In this document: positions 33,008 to 46,413 of the stretch, one piece after another
How the letters are laid out: the number at the start of each line of letters is the position of its first letter
How positions within the stretch are numbered: the stretch's first letter is position 1
NCBI GenBank assembly: GCA_977862235.1
Contig: OZ374558.1
Span: 3,100,001 to 3,164,000, forward strand
Direction: 5' to 3'
DNA length: 64,000 bases
DNA from: Dudresnaya verticillata
Taxonomy: Eukaryota
Translations under genes and position numbers: made by a program
The notes under the pieces: model-generated
The model's database searches: none
Told to the model about the DNA's origin: nothing
The model's input: the letters and a program-made list of their open reading frames with translations, nothing else

Positions 33008-36000
33008 AAGCGTAAGAAGGAGAAAACGCTAGGACGAGGTGCAAGAGGAACAAGGGTGGTAATGAGATTGCGATGACAGCTCTGACCTTTGTGAATGTGT
33101 GTAATTACTTTGCGTGTTTGGTACGGATCCACGGATTGAGTTCCCTTTACGTAGTGGAGCATAGTTCGGACTTCGACACGTTATCCTTGATGGTAACTAT
33201 GGAACAAGAACGGTAGCCCACTAACCTAAGCTCAGAACAGACTCGCTGGTTTGGATACAAATTTCAATAGGTTGGTTTCTGGAGATTGACGCACCCTACT
33301 ACAAGTTTTTGTTACTCCGGAAGCGTGGGAAGGCATGATCATGAAACTGGCATAGGTCGTACAGCACTTTAGAGGAGCTGCTGGTTTGAGATTGAGCCCC
33401 GCTAAACTCGGCACAGACCTGCACAGCGACATATTTTTGCGCCGAGAGACGCCCGATTGACATTCACTTCGGCATGCAGTACAGTTGACCGTCTGTGAAG
33501 CGCCTTCAATCTCGAGGGACCTTGGCTCTAAGCTCGTATTCTGTTTTTTCTCCGTGCTTGTAAACATCTTCCCGTTAACGTTTCCCATGTGGTACAATAC
33601 GTACATCTGAAAACACCAGCTGCAGAATACAGCTTTTCATCATTACCAATATCATCATTCAGGCCCTGTCCCCTGCTTATACGCTAGCATTGCTATTTCG
33701 CTTGAAGAAACAAGATTCTAACGGCGTTCAGGGCGGCAGAATCTCTGGCATTAGACTTCGGCATTCGGGGCTGAGCACGTACAACCGGTGGACATTCCTC
33801 CGTAAGATGAAAGGAGACTGGGGCATAGTATGCGGTCAACTAGAGGGTGAGCCATGATCCACTTTAACCTGAGCTGCGCCGTTCAGACAGGGTCTGTGTG
33901 ACGTGAGTTCGGGCACAGAGATGAGATAGAACTGGATGGTTTCTCTATTGTGTGGCCCTCCAATAGATTCTGCGCTCGTCGTGAAGTACGTACCACCTCA
34001 AACTCGTGGAGACCTTTTCTCGTCCACTTAATCCAATCAATGCCAAAGAGACTTTCGTTCCTTTGAAATCCTATAAAGAGAAGATTCTTATACTGGTTTT
34101 CTGTGCAATGCTCTTGGTCACTTCATATTTGAGATTGTTGTAAACTCTGCTGGTGCGGGGCGAATCAATTTCTACTGTCCCCACTAACATAAGAGAGATA
34201 CGCAATACAGCAGTCGCAGCTTCCTACAGAACGCACTGGGATGGTAACATAGCAAGCACTGGTTTGCTCTAGAATGCTAATGCTGAATACACTGCTGCAG
34301 AACATTGACACCCCATCAGCCTTGGTCCGGAGTCGAATATGGAGAACAAATGACGACTCTTTGGCAACTGCGTACACTGTGAAATTATATTGTTCCTCAT
34401 TCTGCACGACGATATGGCTATCCGGTATCGAACAGGCTTTGCAACTTCATTGCGGCTCTTGTTGATGAATGAAACTCCGCAATAGCTACTAGATTGAACT
34501 CGTTGCACATAGCGCCCGCCATTTCGACCAACTATGGGATGCTGGACTACAGCCGATTTCCGTTTACAGGCAGAGCTTTTCTGTGCGATGCTAAGGCGAT
34601 AGTTGTCGTGACAACAAGACAGATTTCAAGGCGCAAGGTGATGGTGCACAGATTGCAGAAGATTGTTAAAAAGTGTTGCCAGGAACGCATAGGCAGCCTG
34701 AACATGAACCAGTATCGTTGGTAAAGGAATATACCAAAGGCTTCCATCCCTGGGCTCAAAACGTCAAAATCGCAAGCGGGCTGTGGAAGGAATAATGCTG
34801 CATAATCTGCTGAAGAAGCCTACATAATTGAAAGTGACATAGGCATGGCAACCTATATCGAAACATCTCCCATTCTGTGTATGTTGTTTCCGCAGTTTCG
34901 AGTAGTACATGACAGTGCACTATTTGAAACGGTGTCGGCGACTTTTTTCCGCAATCGCTTTCGTAGCCACGCATGTAATCGCTTTCGCCCGAGGGACTGT
35001 ATTCTACGGCTTTCCATTGGAACACAAAAGGAACTCATCCATGTTGCTTCCGGTGGCGCTTTCCGGATGCGTTCCATACAATTCGATTGAATCCGGACTC
35101 GGTACTTCTTTATGGACCAGGTTATTCTGTAACGGACTGAACCTCCTTGGGGATTGACCAAGTTTTCGTTGTCACAACTTGGCCACGTGGACGCGCGGAG
35201 GGGACTTTTAAAGCTGTTGTTTACCAGTTCTATGAGTACGTTTATCTGTCTAGAAGCAGGGAATAAAATCCCGAGGGTCGAACTCCCGGTTCCTTCTTCC
35301 AGGAGGCTGGACGGTCAACCGTCCGTTTGCATATGTCTCCTCCAGTCATCACAAGAGAGTAGAAACCAATGTTACAGAAAAGTCCTCCTGTTGCGGCAAC
35401 CTGGAATCTGACATGCTGTACATTGAACACCTGGTGACTGTATTGAAGAGCTTCACGAAAGTGATGATATATAGTTTTGCTCGACGAATTGTGAGTGTGT
35501 TTAGATACACTGACTTTGGGCTTTGAAAGCACTCTAAATGTTCTTCCGCAAGATGCAGCACTGAGAGAAGGTGACGTTCTCAATCGTTGCAAAAAGATCG
35601 TGTTTTGGTCGGTGGCTGAAATCACATGGGCTATATCTCGACAATTACGCCGCAAATGCCGGTAAGTGCGATATGAGAGGGGTTCGCGATTCCCAGAAGC
35701 GTCGGTATGCAACGAGCTCGACCGCGACGTAGGGGCACCAGCGCATGGAAAAGGGCATTTATTCGCTGGAACTAATTTCCGGAGGTGTTCCCTTACTACA
35801 CAGGATAGTGGAGCAATAAAGACTGAATTTCATAGCCAGATTCAACATAGGCATCTTCTTGGTTCGTTAGACAACCCATTCAGGGGTTGGAACATTGTAG
35901 CGTGGGAGCCTGGGTCTATATGTGGTCAGAGCACTTCACGACAACGTAATCGAATGGCGGTGTTTCAGGGAAGGGAAGGCGAAATGACTGTTTCAAAAAC

Positions 36001-36256
36001 CGCACCTCCCAAGGACACCTCAAAAGCGATGTTTATTGATTTGGCCTTGCTTCAATAAAGTTGTGATTATGATGATGCCTTGATGGAACAGGAGATAATA
36101 TCGCTGTTGAGGTTGCTGGAACTGAAGAGACAAAGTAGTATTTGTCTTACAAAATAATAGTGCAGGAGATGCGACGACATCCTTTTTTCCATCTGCCGTA
36201 TAGTACTTCGCAATTGCATAATGAACATTGGCGTTGTTCACTGTCTACGGGAAGAG

Positions 36257-36312
36257 GTTTTAGGACGCGTACACGATCCCTATATGTTTTAGGACGCGTA
36301 CACGACCCGTAT
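36257..36312. repeat. Tandem duplication, 29-bp period
   Basis: GTTTTAGGACGCGTACACGA at 36257 and 36286. Confidence 0.85.
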
Positions 36313-39300
36313 ACCCTTGAAGAGGATCACCGCAGAGTAACGAGCGGAAGCCTCAACTGGTCACGTGCAGAGCATCTCGATTAGCGGAGCTGCTGTTTGG
36401 CAGAGCGGCGCCCTCGAGAAGAGTCAGGTTCCTGGTCTGGCCTTGTCTAATTGAGCATCAGCCCGTGAGACCCGTGCGCACGAAAGCACCAGGGTTAGTC
36501 TGTCTGCATTTCAGGCAAATGAAGCTGGAAGGAAAAGAGCTGGCGAACGCCGATCTGCATTTAAGCAAGCTGCGCATGTCCAGCAACAGAATCCTGGAAT
36601 GTCTATTTCTCTCACCCTCCCTCCCCTTTCCCGCTCGCGTACCCCTCTGACGTGTCTTTCTCTTTATGTTTTGCTGGGATTCACTTTAATTAGTCTGTTT
36701 TGTTACCTCTTTTCGACATGGTAGATATCCTTTGACAACGATAAACCCACATCAAAACTCTTCATAGACCAGAAAAATACTTAGCCAGCAAGCCATACAG
36801 GAGAGGCGTGCATTTTCTGCCGGTGATTCCTTCTCTTCCTGGATATCATGAGTATATGAAAACGTGTTTGAGAGGTGCTCTCTCTATCGAGAGGTGTTGG
36901 AAGATATCGAGAAGTTGTTCCCGAGACAGAAATGGAACTGCATGCAATGCTAACCAAAATGCCCTTCAAAGAAAGCAAGGAATGTGAGAATAATCGTACC
37001 AAACTCGAAGAATAGAAAGAAGGACGAAAATGGAGGCATAGAACGGCTGCGATTCAAAATTTCACGGATAAGTGGGTAGCTGTCGTACCGAAGTCACGAT
37101 GAACAATTTTCCGGAAAGTTGAAGTATTGATTAGTACGGCTGTACAAATCTCTAACCATTTATCTGTACCACCAGCAATATGTTCAGCTACAGCTATAGA
37201 AAGTATAGATGATCGTCGGGGTTCGAAATAATGTAACGGTAAGAAGTTGGAGAAACCCCATAAATATGCAATAAAGGAACAGATACTAGGGTTTGAAGAG
37301 TTCAAGAAGCAATTTTTGATTGCTATCCGAAGACTGCCAAAAGTTGCATAGAACATATCTGACAATAGATGAGATAATGAGAAACGGGTAAGAACACGGT
37401 TCTAATACGTACGATTCGATATATGCATAGTGTGTGTTGCAGTATGCGGCGTGGTTTGCATAAAGCTCTACCGCCCACCCTCCTAGGACATGTCCGAGAA
37501 TGAATACAGTCTAACGATGCAGTTGTATAATGGCAAGGGCCCGGAAAGGATAGAACTGTGGTCAACTTCTATTGTGCATGGTGCAGGCATGAAAAAGGTA
37601 TGCAGCTGTACGTATCTACAGATTGAACCCTATGAGTGAACAGATTGGATCAAAAAGCATGGGCCGGCGTCTCTGAAGAAGAAGCAAAATGACGTAGCAC
37701 AGCTTTAGATGTACGTATCATCAAAGACTGCGTGTTGACTTAGAGACTTGATCTCCTCTGGATTTGCTTAAAGAAATGATAGAATGTGGTACTGAAACCT
37801 GACGACAAAGACCCGTGTGAACTCTCGCATGCATGCATGGTGGTGGACACTTGCTGGCTGCGGGACGATACAAAAGATATGGAGACTTGTTCGTTAACGG
37901 ATATCGCAGTGCAGATTGCGGGACATTGCATGCCGGTAGAGATTAATGGATTTGGCTTTTCCAGTTTCTTTTTCTCCAGAACGGTATAGACGTGCTACTC
38001 GTTGGGCTCGGATTCATCTTGATACCCCTTGCATATCTCTGAAGACACGACATACTTGGGGACTGTGTCCGTAAAAACTGGGTCGTAAGCGTCGGTGAAC
38101 TGCGTCTCACGGATTTTTATCTGTGGGATATCGGGTAACGAAGACTTGCTTCCGGTAGTTGATGTGAGGGCAACTCCGATAGAATGCAGCTGCAAATGCT
38201 TGCTTTGTCATCAATGTGCTTGAGAACAAGGCCAGATGCGGTTGCCGACAGCGGGGGATTAGGAAGGACCCCCTTCTTATCAGCGGAGGAAGCAGCAGGG
38301 TGCAACAGCGAAAGAGCTAAAACGAGAGATGAGCAAGCAAGCACATGAGAGCTCGTCAAAGCGCTCAATGGGCAAAGTTAAAAAAGAGCGGTGGAACAAC
38401 CCGATCAAGCGGTGTGGGTCCACCGTGACGAGCGTGACGTATGAATCAGTTTATTTACAGAGCGCAGTCACACGCAGCACATACAGCGAGAACCGCGAAA
38501 ATTCAAGGCGGTATCACCCGCCGCAAAAGATGGCACGTCAGACTGCCGCGACTCAAGCCATTCAATTCCCAATAGTCGCGGCCCTTCGCAACTGTTCCGC
38601 GGAACCCGGCGAGGCACTCAACAGCCGTCGTCGTCGTCATCGTCGAGGACGAGTGCCGGGCAAAATCTTGGCGCGCACCCGCGAGCCTCGTTCTAATCAT
38701 GTTGCTGACGGGCGGAACAAACTGCCTGTGGCTTCTTGGTAAGGCTACTCGAAGGAGATACGATACAAAGAGCTCTGTGTATTCCTTTTCGTGTGCGCAC
38801 AAAAGCATGTGGTTCTTGTCTGCTCCCGGAAATCTCTCATTTACTGCCATAGACGGGGCTTTGCAACGCCGTTCTTGACTGTCTGGGGAGGTCCCCTGTT
38901 CTCTGTACCAACACAGTCGACTAACGAAGCTAGCGAACGAGCTTGGTCGCGCAAAATCCACACGATATCCCGCTTTTGAACGTGCTTGAACGATATATCC
39001 AGCAAACTCACATACCTCAAACCCACATCTGATTTCACTCCATCAATTCCCAGAAGCGACCCATTCCCGAGGCAGCTGCTCCCCGCCGCAGCGCCTCATG
39101 TGTGTCCGGCGGTCGCCGTGTCGTATTCAATTCCAACTATCTGCAAGACTATATTCCTTTCACCGGGCAGGCTGCTTCCGGTCTTAGGCTGCCTGTGCCC
39201 GCAATAGAACTAATCTTCTGACTAGCTCAGCCCCCATCGTCTACCGCTATTCCTATCTATCCCTGAAAATCATCACACACACACACAGATCGCATGGGTC

Positions 39301-40416
39301 CCACGCCACATCACTCGGAAATCGCATCACACACTGTACCCATCCACACCTGCTCCGCACACATCCGCAAGCCCAACAGCTCTTCCCCCAGTACACCTGC
39401 CGGCAGAAGAGCCTCACGTCTGGCGCCGTTTCCAAACACTGAACAACGTTTGGATGAAGAGGGGGACCCTTCAATGAAAGGTATCCTTCGAAGGGTAAAC
39501 TTTAGCCGCTGGTAAAAAAGTAATGGCAGCGAGTACTGCGCCAGAATCCGGCTGGCACCGTCTGCACTATGTTCAAGTGCAACAATAACTGCGAAAATGA
39601 GAAGCTCGGACATCGTTGTCCACCCAAAAAGTTCGCGCTTGCTCCAAACTGTAAACAAGCCCTACTACGTCTCTGTAACAAGCATGCCCAGTATGGGCAC
39701 CCTCTCTTGTAGTGCAATGCCATAAAGTGATGATTCCCCGCTGTAACCAGCAAGAAGATTCACGGTCTCTGTTCCTTTCAGTCCACAACTGAAGTCTTGT
39801 TATTGGTTGCAGGGTACCATCACCCGATGCAGTGCTACAAACTGGGAACGTGATTCCCACGGCGCGTGCTTTGGACAATGTAACGACAATGACCACCACT
39901 TAACAGCGTCTAATATCCGTGTTTTTGTGACTTGCAGAATGCGACACGGCAATCAGTGTTATCCGTTCCAACCCCAACAGATAGGGGAATAGTTACTACG
40001 CAACTGCAATGCTGTGCTCACAGCTCTAAATAGTCTGCAGGGTCAACATGCGCAGTATGTGATACTTTTCCGGAGCCGGTCCTTGTGGACACCATCCTGG
40101 ACACACACAATTCCCTGAGGGCAGCATTCCCAAGGCTTGGAGCCTTCTCTACAAATCTGCAACAGAACACACAGGCTGCCTACAGCTGTGTTTTCGCTAT
40201 GTGAGACGCCCCCTGCTATACCCTCCGCGCACTGAGCCGCTTGTGTGACGAGCATGAGCTGGATGGATGACGGATATTGCTTTTTAACGCCCCTTCGGGG
40301 TACTCTTGATTAGGTATAAGAAGAGTCGTAGGGTTGTTGCCTGCACAACAGTCCTGCCTTCAGGCAGGATCCGTGTCTGAGAACGACTCGACCAACGCAG
40401 AAAAACCCGACAGAGC

Positions 40417-41493
40417 ATGTTGCGCCATTTTCTTTTGGTGCTCTTGTGCCTGTTAGGCGCAAGCGTTCTCGCAGAGTCGCAGTGCGGCGCTCAATGCCGG
40501 TTCCGGTTTTGCGATCCGGACGGGCAGGGAAACCCGACGGTGCCGCTGCCACCCGGGCCGGACACGGTCCTACGTGCGGCGCGGATCGCGTCGTATCCGC
40601 CGGTGTGTCTCCCCGGCAAGAATGTGAAGGTTCTGAACACGAGTGAGGCTGCAATTTCTACAAAGCGCAACAGGGATGCTGTGCCGATCTCGCACTTTCG
40701 GTCAGACGAGCTGGACTTGCCCGCCAACTTTTTTGGGCTGTTCCGGATCCGGTTGTCGGATAATCTGCGCAGCGTTGCGCGGAGGAAGAGCCTAGGGGAG
40801 CTGGAAAACACTCTGGACGGTACGTGTGTCGTGCTGCCGATTGCGACATACGTGGTGCGACGGAAGCGGCGGAAGGGGAGGACGAGGAAAATCGTGCGGA
40901 CGGGGCGGCGCAGGGACTGCGTGTCGTTCGTACCGCGGACGCCCGAGCTGGTGTTCGACGTGTTCTGGAACGGGATCGACGACCTTACAGTGGAGATCAT
41001 CGGGCCGGGCGGGGTGCGCGGGACGCTAGTGAAGACGAGCACGCGGCGGGGCGGGGCGGCGGTGGTGATTTTCCCCGTGGCGTTGGAGGGGGAGTATAAC
41101 GTCGCGGCGGATGTGACGGTGCGCGAGGAGTTTGTCGGGCCGGGCCCCAGGCCGTCTGACCCGCCGCGGGCGGCCGTGGAGCGCATGGCGCTGCAGGGCG
41201 GGAGCACGACGGCACGGTGGCGGACAAGGTTTCTGGAGCTGCTCAGGCCTGGGACGGAGGCGGATGGGGGTGGGGAGTGGGACGGGGGTGGATATGCGAG
41301 TGGTGGGGTGACGGAGTTTTATCAGGACGCATGGACCGGAAAGGCTACGGCGAGAAACCTGGAGTCGGACCGGAAAGGGTATGTTAACATGGTGGTTAGC
41401 ACGAAGGGGAGGAAGGTGCAGGATAAGCGGAGAAGGTATAAGCGGAGCACGACTGGAGCTAAGATAGACTTTGATTTGAAGTTCAATTTGTAG
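40417..41493 (+). CDS. Secreted protein (358 aa), paralog of 31922-33007
   Basis: Signal peptide MLRHFLLVLLCLLGASVLA. Colinear with the paralog down to the C-terminal KFNL. TATAAG at ~40315. Confidence 0.9.
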   Translation: MLRHFLLVLLCLLGASVLAESQCGAQCRFRFCDPDGQGNPTVPLPPGPDTVLRAARIASYPPVCLPGKNVKVLNTSEAAISTKRNRDAVPISHFRSDELDLPANFFGLFRIRLSDNLRSVARRKSLGELENTLDGTCVVLPIATYVVRRKRRKGRTRKIVRTGRRRDCVSFVPRTPELVFDVFWNGIDDLTVEIIGPGGVRGTLVKTSTRRGGAAVVIFPVALEGEYNVAADVTVREEFVGPGPRPSDPPRAAVERMALQGGSTTARWRTRFLELLRPGTEADGGGEWDGGGYASGGVTEFYQDAWTGKATARNLESDRKGYVNMVVSTKGRKVQDKRRRYKRSTTGAKIDFDLKFNL

Positions 41494-41558
41494 GTTGTAC
41501 AGTTGTGAAGTACATAGGTGTTTGTGGGTGGGTGTGGGTGGGTGGGGGTGGGTGTTGG

Positions 41559-41608
41559 AGTGGACACTTCAAGGGGTAGTAGTGTAGTGGACACCTCAAG
41601 GGGTAGTA
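41559..41608. repeat. Tandem duplication, 27-bp period, in 3' flank
   Basis: AGTGGACAC(T/C)TCAAGGGGTAGTA at 41559 and 41586. Confidence 0.85.
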
Positions 41609-44600
41609 TGTAGGGTGCCATAGTTTGCTATTTTCTTATTTGAGAGGCACCTCTCACTCTCGCTCCTGTCCCCGCCACCTGCCCGTCCCTTCACACCGCG
41701 CAGTCAAAGAAGAAGGGAACCCCTTCTGTTGTTTGTGATTTTCTCTTTTGCCTATTGACAAGCTGTTCGGACAGACAGCCGGTGCGGCCTGCACAGGTGT
41801 AAGACGACGGCTGGCAAACGCTGTCGACCAGTTGCCCAAGTCGAAATAGGAATGTGCTGTCTTTTTTCTACAACGCACAGACACGCTGCACGCGCCACTC
41901 AAAAAGCGGAGCTCAACAGAGCTGCCCTTGTGTGATAGACGTACCCTTAACATTGGGAGGCAGACGCCTCCCTGAGGAGTCGCAGCCCCAAACACGAACG
42001 AGCTCATCGCCGGCAGTGTGTTTGGAGGCGACGGTGCCGCAGCGTTGCGTCAGCAAAAAACGCCGCCCCACTGCGTGCAAATATAGCGCAGCAATAAAGG
42101 CACCCGCGCGTCACGCGCGCCGCCGCCGTCGCCGTCACGCCGACCCGGACCCCAAATCCATCCGACCACCCATCACCGCCGCCTGCCACGCCATCATCAC
42201 GCCACCGTCAGCCGTACGTGCGACGCTCGCCGGCCTACCGCCCACGCAACCCTCTCACCTCACGGGCTCCCGCACCCATCCCTGCGCCCACCCCCGCCCC
42301 GAGCGCTCCGGTGCGCGCACGAGCACAGCACGCTGCCGCGCTCGAGCCTCGTCCGCCTTGTCCGCACGCACCGGAGCGCAAGCGCCAAGACCCCGCCACC
42401 GCGCTCCCGTGGGAACATGCTACTGTACGTTCGTCTCGCGCTCTGCCTCCCCCGCGTGTGGAGTTCAACCGGTGTCCGGGTTGGGCATGTTTGCATATAC
42501 ATACGCCGCAATTTCTGGCCCTTGTATTGTCTTAACTTTTTGCCATATAGTCGAATCCCGATAAATCTCCCGATTAGTTGCTGTTTTCCACTAACCCTTT
42601 TTCTTAGAGTGCAGATCCACAGTCTTGTCTGTCGGGCTGCCGCCCTGCACCGGTCCATGCACGCCACCGCGACCCCGCTGCTCTCCTGCTCCCCGACAAC
42701 CAGGACCAAAATACCAACGGAAACGCGCAGCCCTCCGCACGCACGCCCGCGCATTGGTAACCCTCTCCACTGCCGAACCCAGCGCTGCCGACTTAGATCA
42801 AGTTTGCCACACCCTCGCTGCAATCCGCAACCCATGCGCTACAGATTTTCCCTCACCTGCTCCCCGCCCCACCCCACACCCACCACCGCCCCCCTCTAGC
42901 CCCGTACCACTGGCCCTCCTTAGGCGCGATGTTCCGGTGCGCTTGTAAATGGGCCTATGTTGCGCGCGTAAGCTCACCTTAAACTTTGAGTAAAGATTAC
43001 CATCACAGCGATCGAGCTCTTCCAGTTTGTCCCGTTTTGCAAGAAACGCCCATGTCGACGAAGGATGCCGATGCATCATGCAAGCCTTGTCCACAAAAAA
43101 GTGCGGTGAGCCTACCTAGCTAATCCGAGGGGCAAAGAGGAAAAGATCCCGCAGAATAGACAGCATACAGAACACGCTGATGCTGCCACCGAATATTTCG
43201 GGAAACGCCCATGGTAGAGCGCGATGCGAATGGCCGCTGACCATAGCGACGTCAATGCACTGAGCACTGCGCCGCACCGCATAGCTGCCATCGTCTATGT
43301 ACAAATCTGGTGCACTAGGTCCATCCTTCTGTTCTTCAAACGCTTCATGCTTTTCGTGCTTTGCCATGAAGGCTCGGGATCCTTCCTATAATGTTTCCAC
43401 ACGTCAGACCAATTCGATTCCTCACAACGATTCCGCTGATCAGCACAAGTGAAATAAGTAAACCTACAATGCTCAAGTAGCGATAATAATATATTGTAGC
43501 CTGCCATTGAGACCTCAACTGTCAACCCTCTTTACTGCTGAGGTCCTCTTCTCTACCAATGCTTGCAGATACCGTAGTTAAACCTCCAACAATTGGTATA
43601 CTGAATATAGACTGTTCGCAACACAAATCATGTATGCAATAAATTTGTCTCATGTGTTATGCAATTCGTGCTTACCTGTGCTAATTTGAAAAGTGTCCAC
43701 GGTTAAGTTCTCAAAGTCTGTCTACGGCTATCATCTCGTTTGCATTCCTGAAAAATGTTTAACAACCTTGCTTCTTGTTTTGCTTCAACCTACCGTAAAT
43801 GAGGCGGATAGTGGAGAGATCCACGCAGAAAATGGGATCAAGCCCCACACATGGACATGTGTGGGAGGTGGATGCCTAAGCTAAGTTTCTGTTTCTAGAA
43901 TGGTAATCATGTTATCACTGCAGACCAAGCACCGCATATATACATCTGATCCAAACTAAAGCTCCCATCTTCCTCCCTGCGAACCATAGGTTCTCGCTGC
44001 TAATTAACCATGCTAAACTGCGTGTAGCTGCTATAAGTGATGGTAAACATTTACTAATTGTTTAGGGTGGTCCCGCATGGGCAACAAGACCAATTAGCAG
44101 GCGCACCAGCATAAGTGCCCGGATCATTGCTATAAGGAGGTCTAGCTTTTCTACTTTGTACTGAAAGCTTCCTAACATCGTATCCGATAGTTGTTGCAGG
44201 AGTCCCGGAGCAACACCTTCTGCTGGTACAAAGAACCATTCATCCAGTCTTCCCTTAAATCAAAGCATGATTTCCTGATTTTACCATCCCTCGATCCCCA
44301 ATAGTCCTGCTTTTCCCGTTTTGGTTCATTGTTTTAGATCAGAAGATATCGCAATACCGATAGGTTTATGGTAGCCTTGGCATGGAACTTCACCCTATGG
44401 ATATATACGGGCTAATGGGCACTCGTTTTGAACTTGGAGTCCAACGCATTGGATCTTCCATGGCCGTGAGGAAGGGGGCTTCAACTCACTACTCGTCTTG
44501 TGTCTCTCGCCCTATAATTTGTCCCTTTCAGCGTCATTCAACGAAAGAAGTCTTCCCCTAGTAGAAGCTCTCCTCTGAGTGACTCCTCTTACCCTGCCTT

Positions 44601-45126
44601 ATGGGGCGCTTTAGTCCCAATCAAAGGAAATTTCTCTCTTGGTTTAGTTTTCATGCTTTGGTAAAGTACTGCTACCCCTCAAGGCTATACCCAGTGAAGT
44701 TCCAGGACTCTAGCATATTGGTTCTCTTTCTATCCTTCTGCATTCTCCAGCTTAGAAGTCTTTATAAAAACATCACACGAATGCATGATGGTTGTGTGAT
44801 ATCGCAATGCCCCCGCGCTGCCCGACAATCGGTCTTAATTTCTCACCAACATATTCCCGAGCTTTGGCACATCTGCCCTGACCGGCAATCAGTCTTTGCC
44901 TTTTTACGAAAATACTCCCGGGCTTTAGCACATATGCTTACTTTATCACGCCTTCTTCAGCTTGCAGCTCTCTCCCGCCGACGATGACAGAACACCTTAA
45001 AAGCACGTAGTGATACCCAGAACCCCCTGTCATGCGACCCGGTCAAGCGTACATACTCTTGCACCCTCACGCCTATGATCTATCATCTACCAAATTGGCA
45101 ATAGTATACGCAAACGGACTTCCAAA

Positions 45127-46413
45127 ATGTCACTCGACAACCAAGCATCCCTTCAGAAAGGGCAAGATCTTTCAAAAGGCGAAAGCACCGCCTCCTCCGA
45201 CGCAGAAGCCTTCCTATCATCATTTTGCGTTGGGGCGCAGTTGGGTGAGGGCAGTTTCGGAAAAGTGCACCTGGTGAGACAAAATGGTAGTGGTGCGACG
45301 TACGCACTGAAGACAATGAAGAAAAGCTTGTTTGAAGAACAGGAGTACGTGCATGGAGCTCAGGCGGAGCGGGAAATCTTGGCGAAATGCACCGAGCAAG
45401 GCGCACCGTTCACGCTTCGACTGCACGTGGCGTTTCAGACAAAGAACAACGTACATCTGCTGACAGATGCGATGCGGGGCGACATGCTTGCACTTCTAGA
45501 GGAGAAGAAGTTGCTCGAAGAGCGCGATACCCGGTTTTACGCGGGCGAACTCCTGCTCGCAGTTGAATTCTTGCACGAGCTTGGTGTGGCACACAGAGAC
45601 ATCAAGCCGGACAACATTTTCATCGACGAGCAGGGGCATGTCGCTCTTGGCGATTTCGGGCTAGCCAAGACTGTGGACGGTTTGCAGCAGAACTCGTGGT
45701 GCGGGTCAGCTGCGTACGTGGCCCCGGAAGTGCACGCGCAAGGCAAGTTCGACCCAAAGTGTGCCGACTATTGGGCAGTGGGAGTGTTCATCTTTTCCTG
45801 CTTGTGCGGGCGGACGCCGTTCGAGCCAAAGGGCGCCCACAAGCTGTTGCCGACAAAGCGCGTGGTGCAACGGGTAATGAAGAGCAAGCTGCAAATCCCA
45901 AAGTACGTGTCAAAGCCGTGCCAAGACCTTCTTCGCGGGCTGCTCGCCAAGGACCCCAAGAAACGCCTCACGGATCTTCAGCAGATCCGGCAATACTCTT
46001 GGTTTGAAGGGCTTGACTGGGACCGTCTACGTACGAGGCAGGACCGACCGCCGTTCATTCCGGAGCCGCGGGATATGAAGGAGTGGTTCGGACCGCATGC
46101 CAAGCAGCCTCGGCTGGATAATCTTTTCTCCAGCGTAAGCTCCTCTAGTTCATCGCAGACCGGGTCTTCAAGCAGTGGCAGCGAATCCACCACAGGCGAA
46201 GCCGTCATTGATGAGACCGCGGCTATTGAGACCCTCACTATCGAGTCCTCCGTGACCGAGGTTCCGGCGACCAAAGCGCCGTCGACTGAAAGTGTCGCGA
46301 GTTCCGAAGAACAGGAGTGGGGCGAGTGGGACGGGTTCTCGTTCGTGGCAATAGGAATGCGTTCAATGTTCGGTGCGGCATCCGTCGTTGGATCTGCGCA
46401 GGGATCTTCGTAG
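45127..46413 (+). CDS. AGC-group Ser/Thr protein kinase (S6K/RSK/PKB-like), 428 aa
   Basis: LGEGSFGKV, YALKTMKK, HRDIKPDN, DFG, CGSAAYVAPE, DYWAVG, AGC tail PPFIP and hydrophobic motif WDGFSF. Confidence 0.95.
   Translation: MSLDNQASLQKGQDLSKGESTASSDAEAFLSSFCVGAQLGEGSFGKVHLVRQNGSGATYALKTMKKSLFEEQEYVHGAQAEREILAKCTEQGAPFTLRLHVAFQTKNNVHLLTDAMRGDMLALLEEKKLLEERDTRFYAGELLLAVEFLHELGVAHRDIKPDNIFIDEQGHVALGDFGLAKTVDGLQQNSWCGSAAYVAPEVHAQGKFDPKCADYWAVGVFIFSCLCGRTPFEPKGAHKLLPTKRVVQRVMKSKLQIPKYVSKPCQDLLRGLLAKDPKKRLTDLQQIRQYSWFEGLDWDRLRTRQDRPPFIPEPRDMKEWFGPHAKQPRLDNLFSSVSSSSSSQTGSSSSGSESTTGEAVIDETAAIETLTIESSVTEVPATKAPSTESVASSEEQEWGEWDGFSFVAIGMRSMFGAASVVGSAQGSS

Noticed and set aside
41854..42948. GC-rich ORFs including 41854-42564
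   Set aside because: Low-complexity Arg/Pro/Ala translations without an ATG start or domain motif. The region's identity is unresolved.
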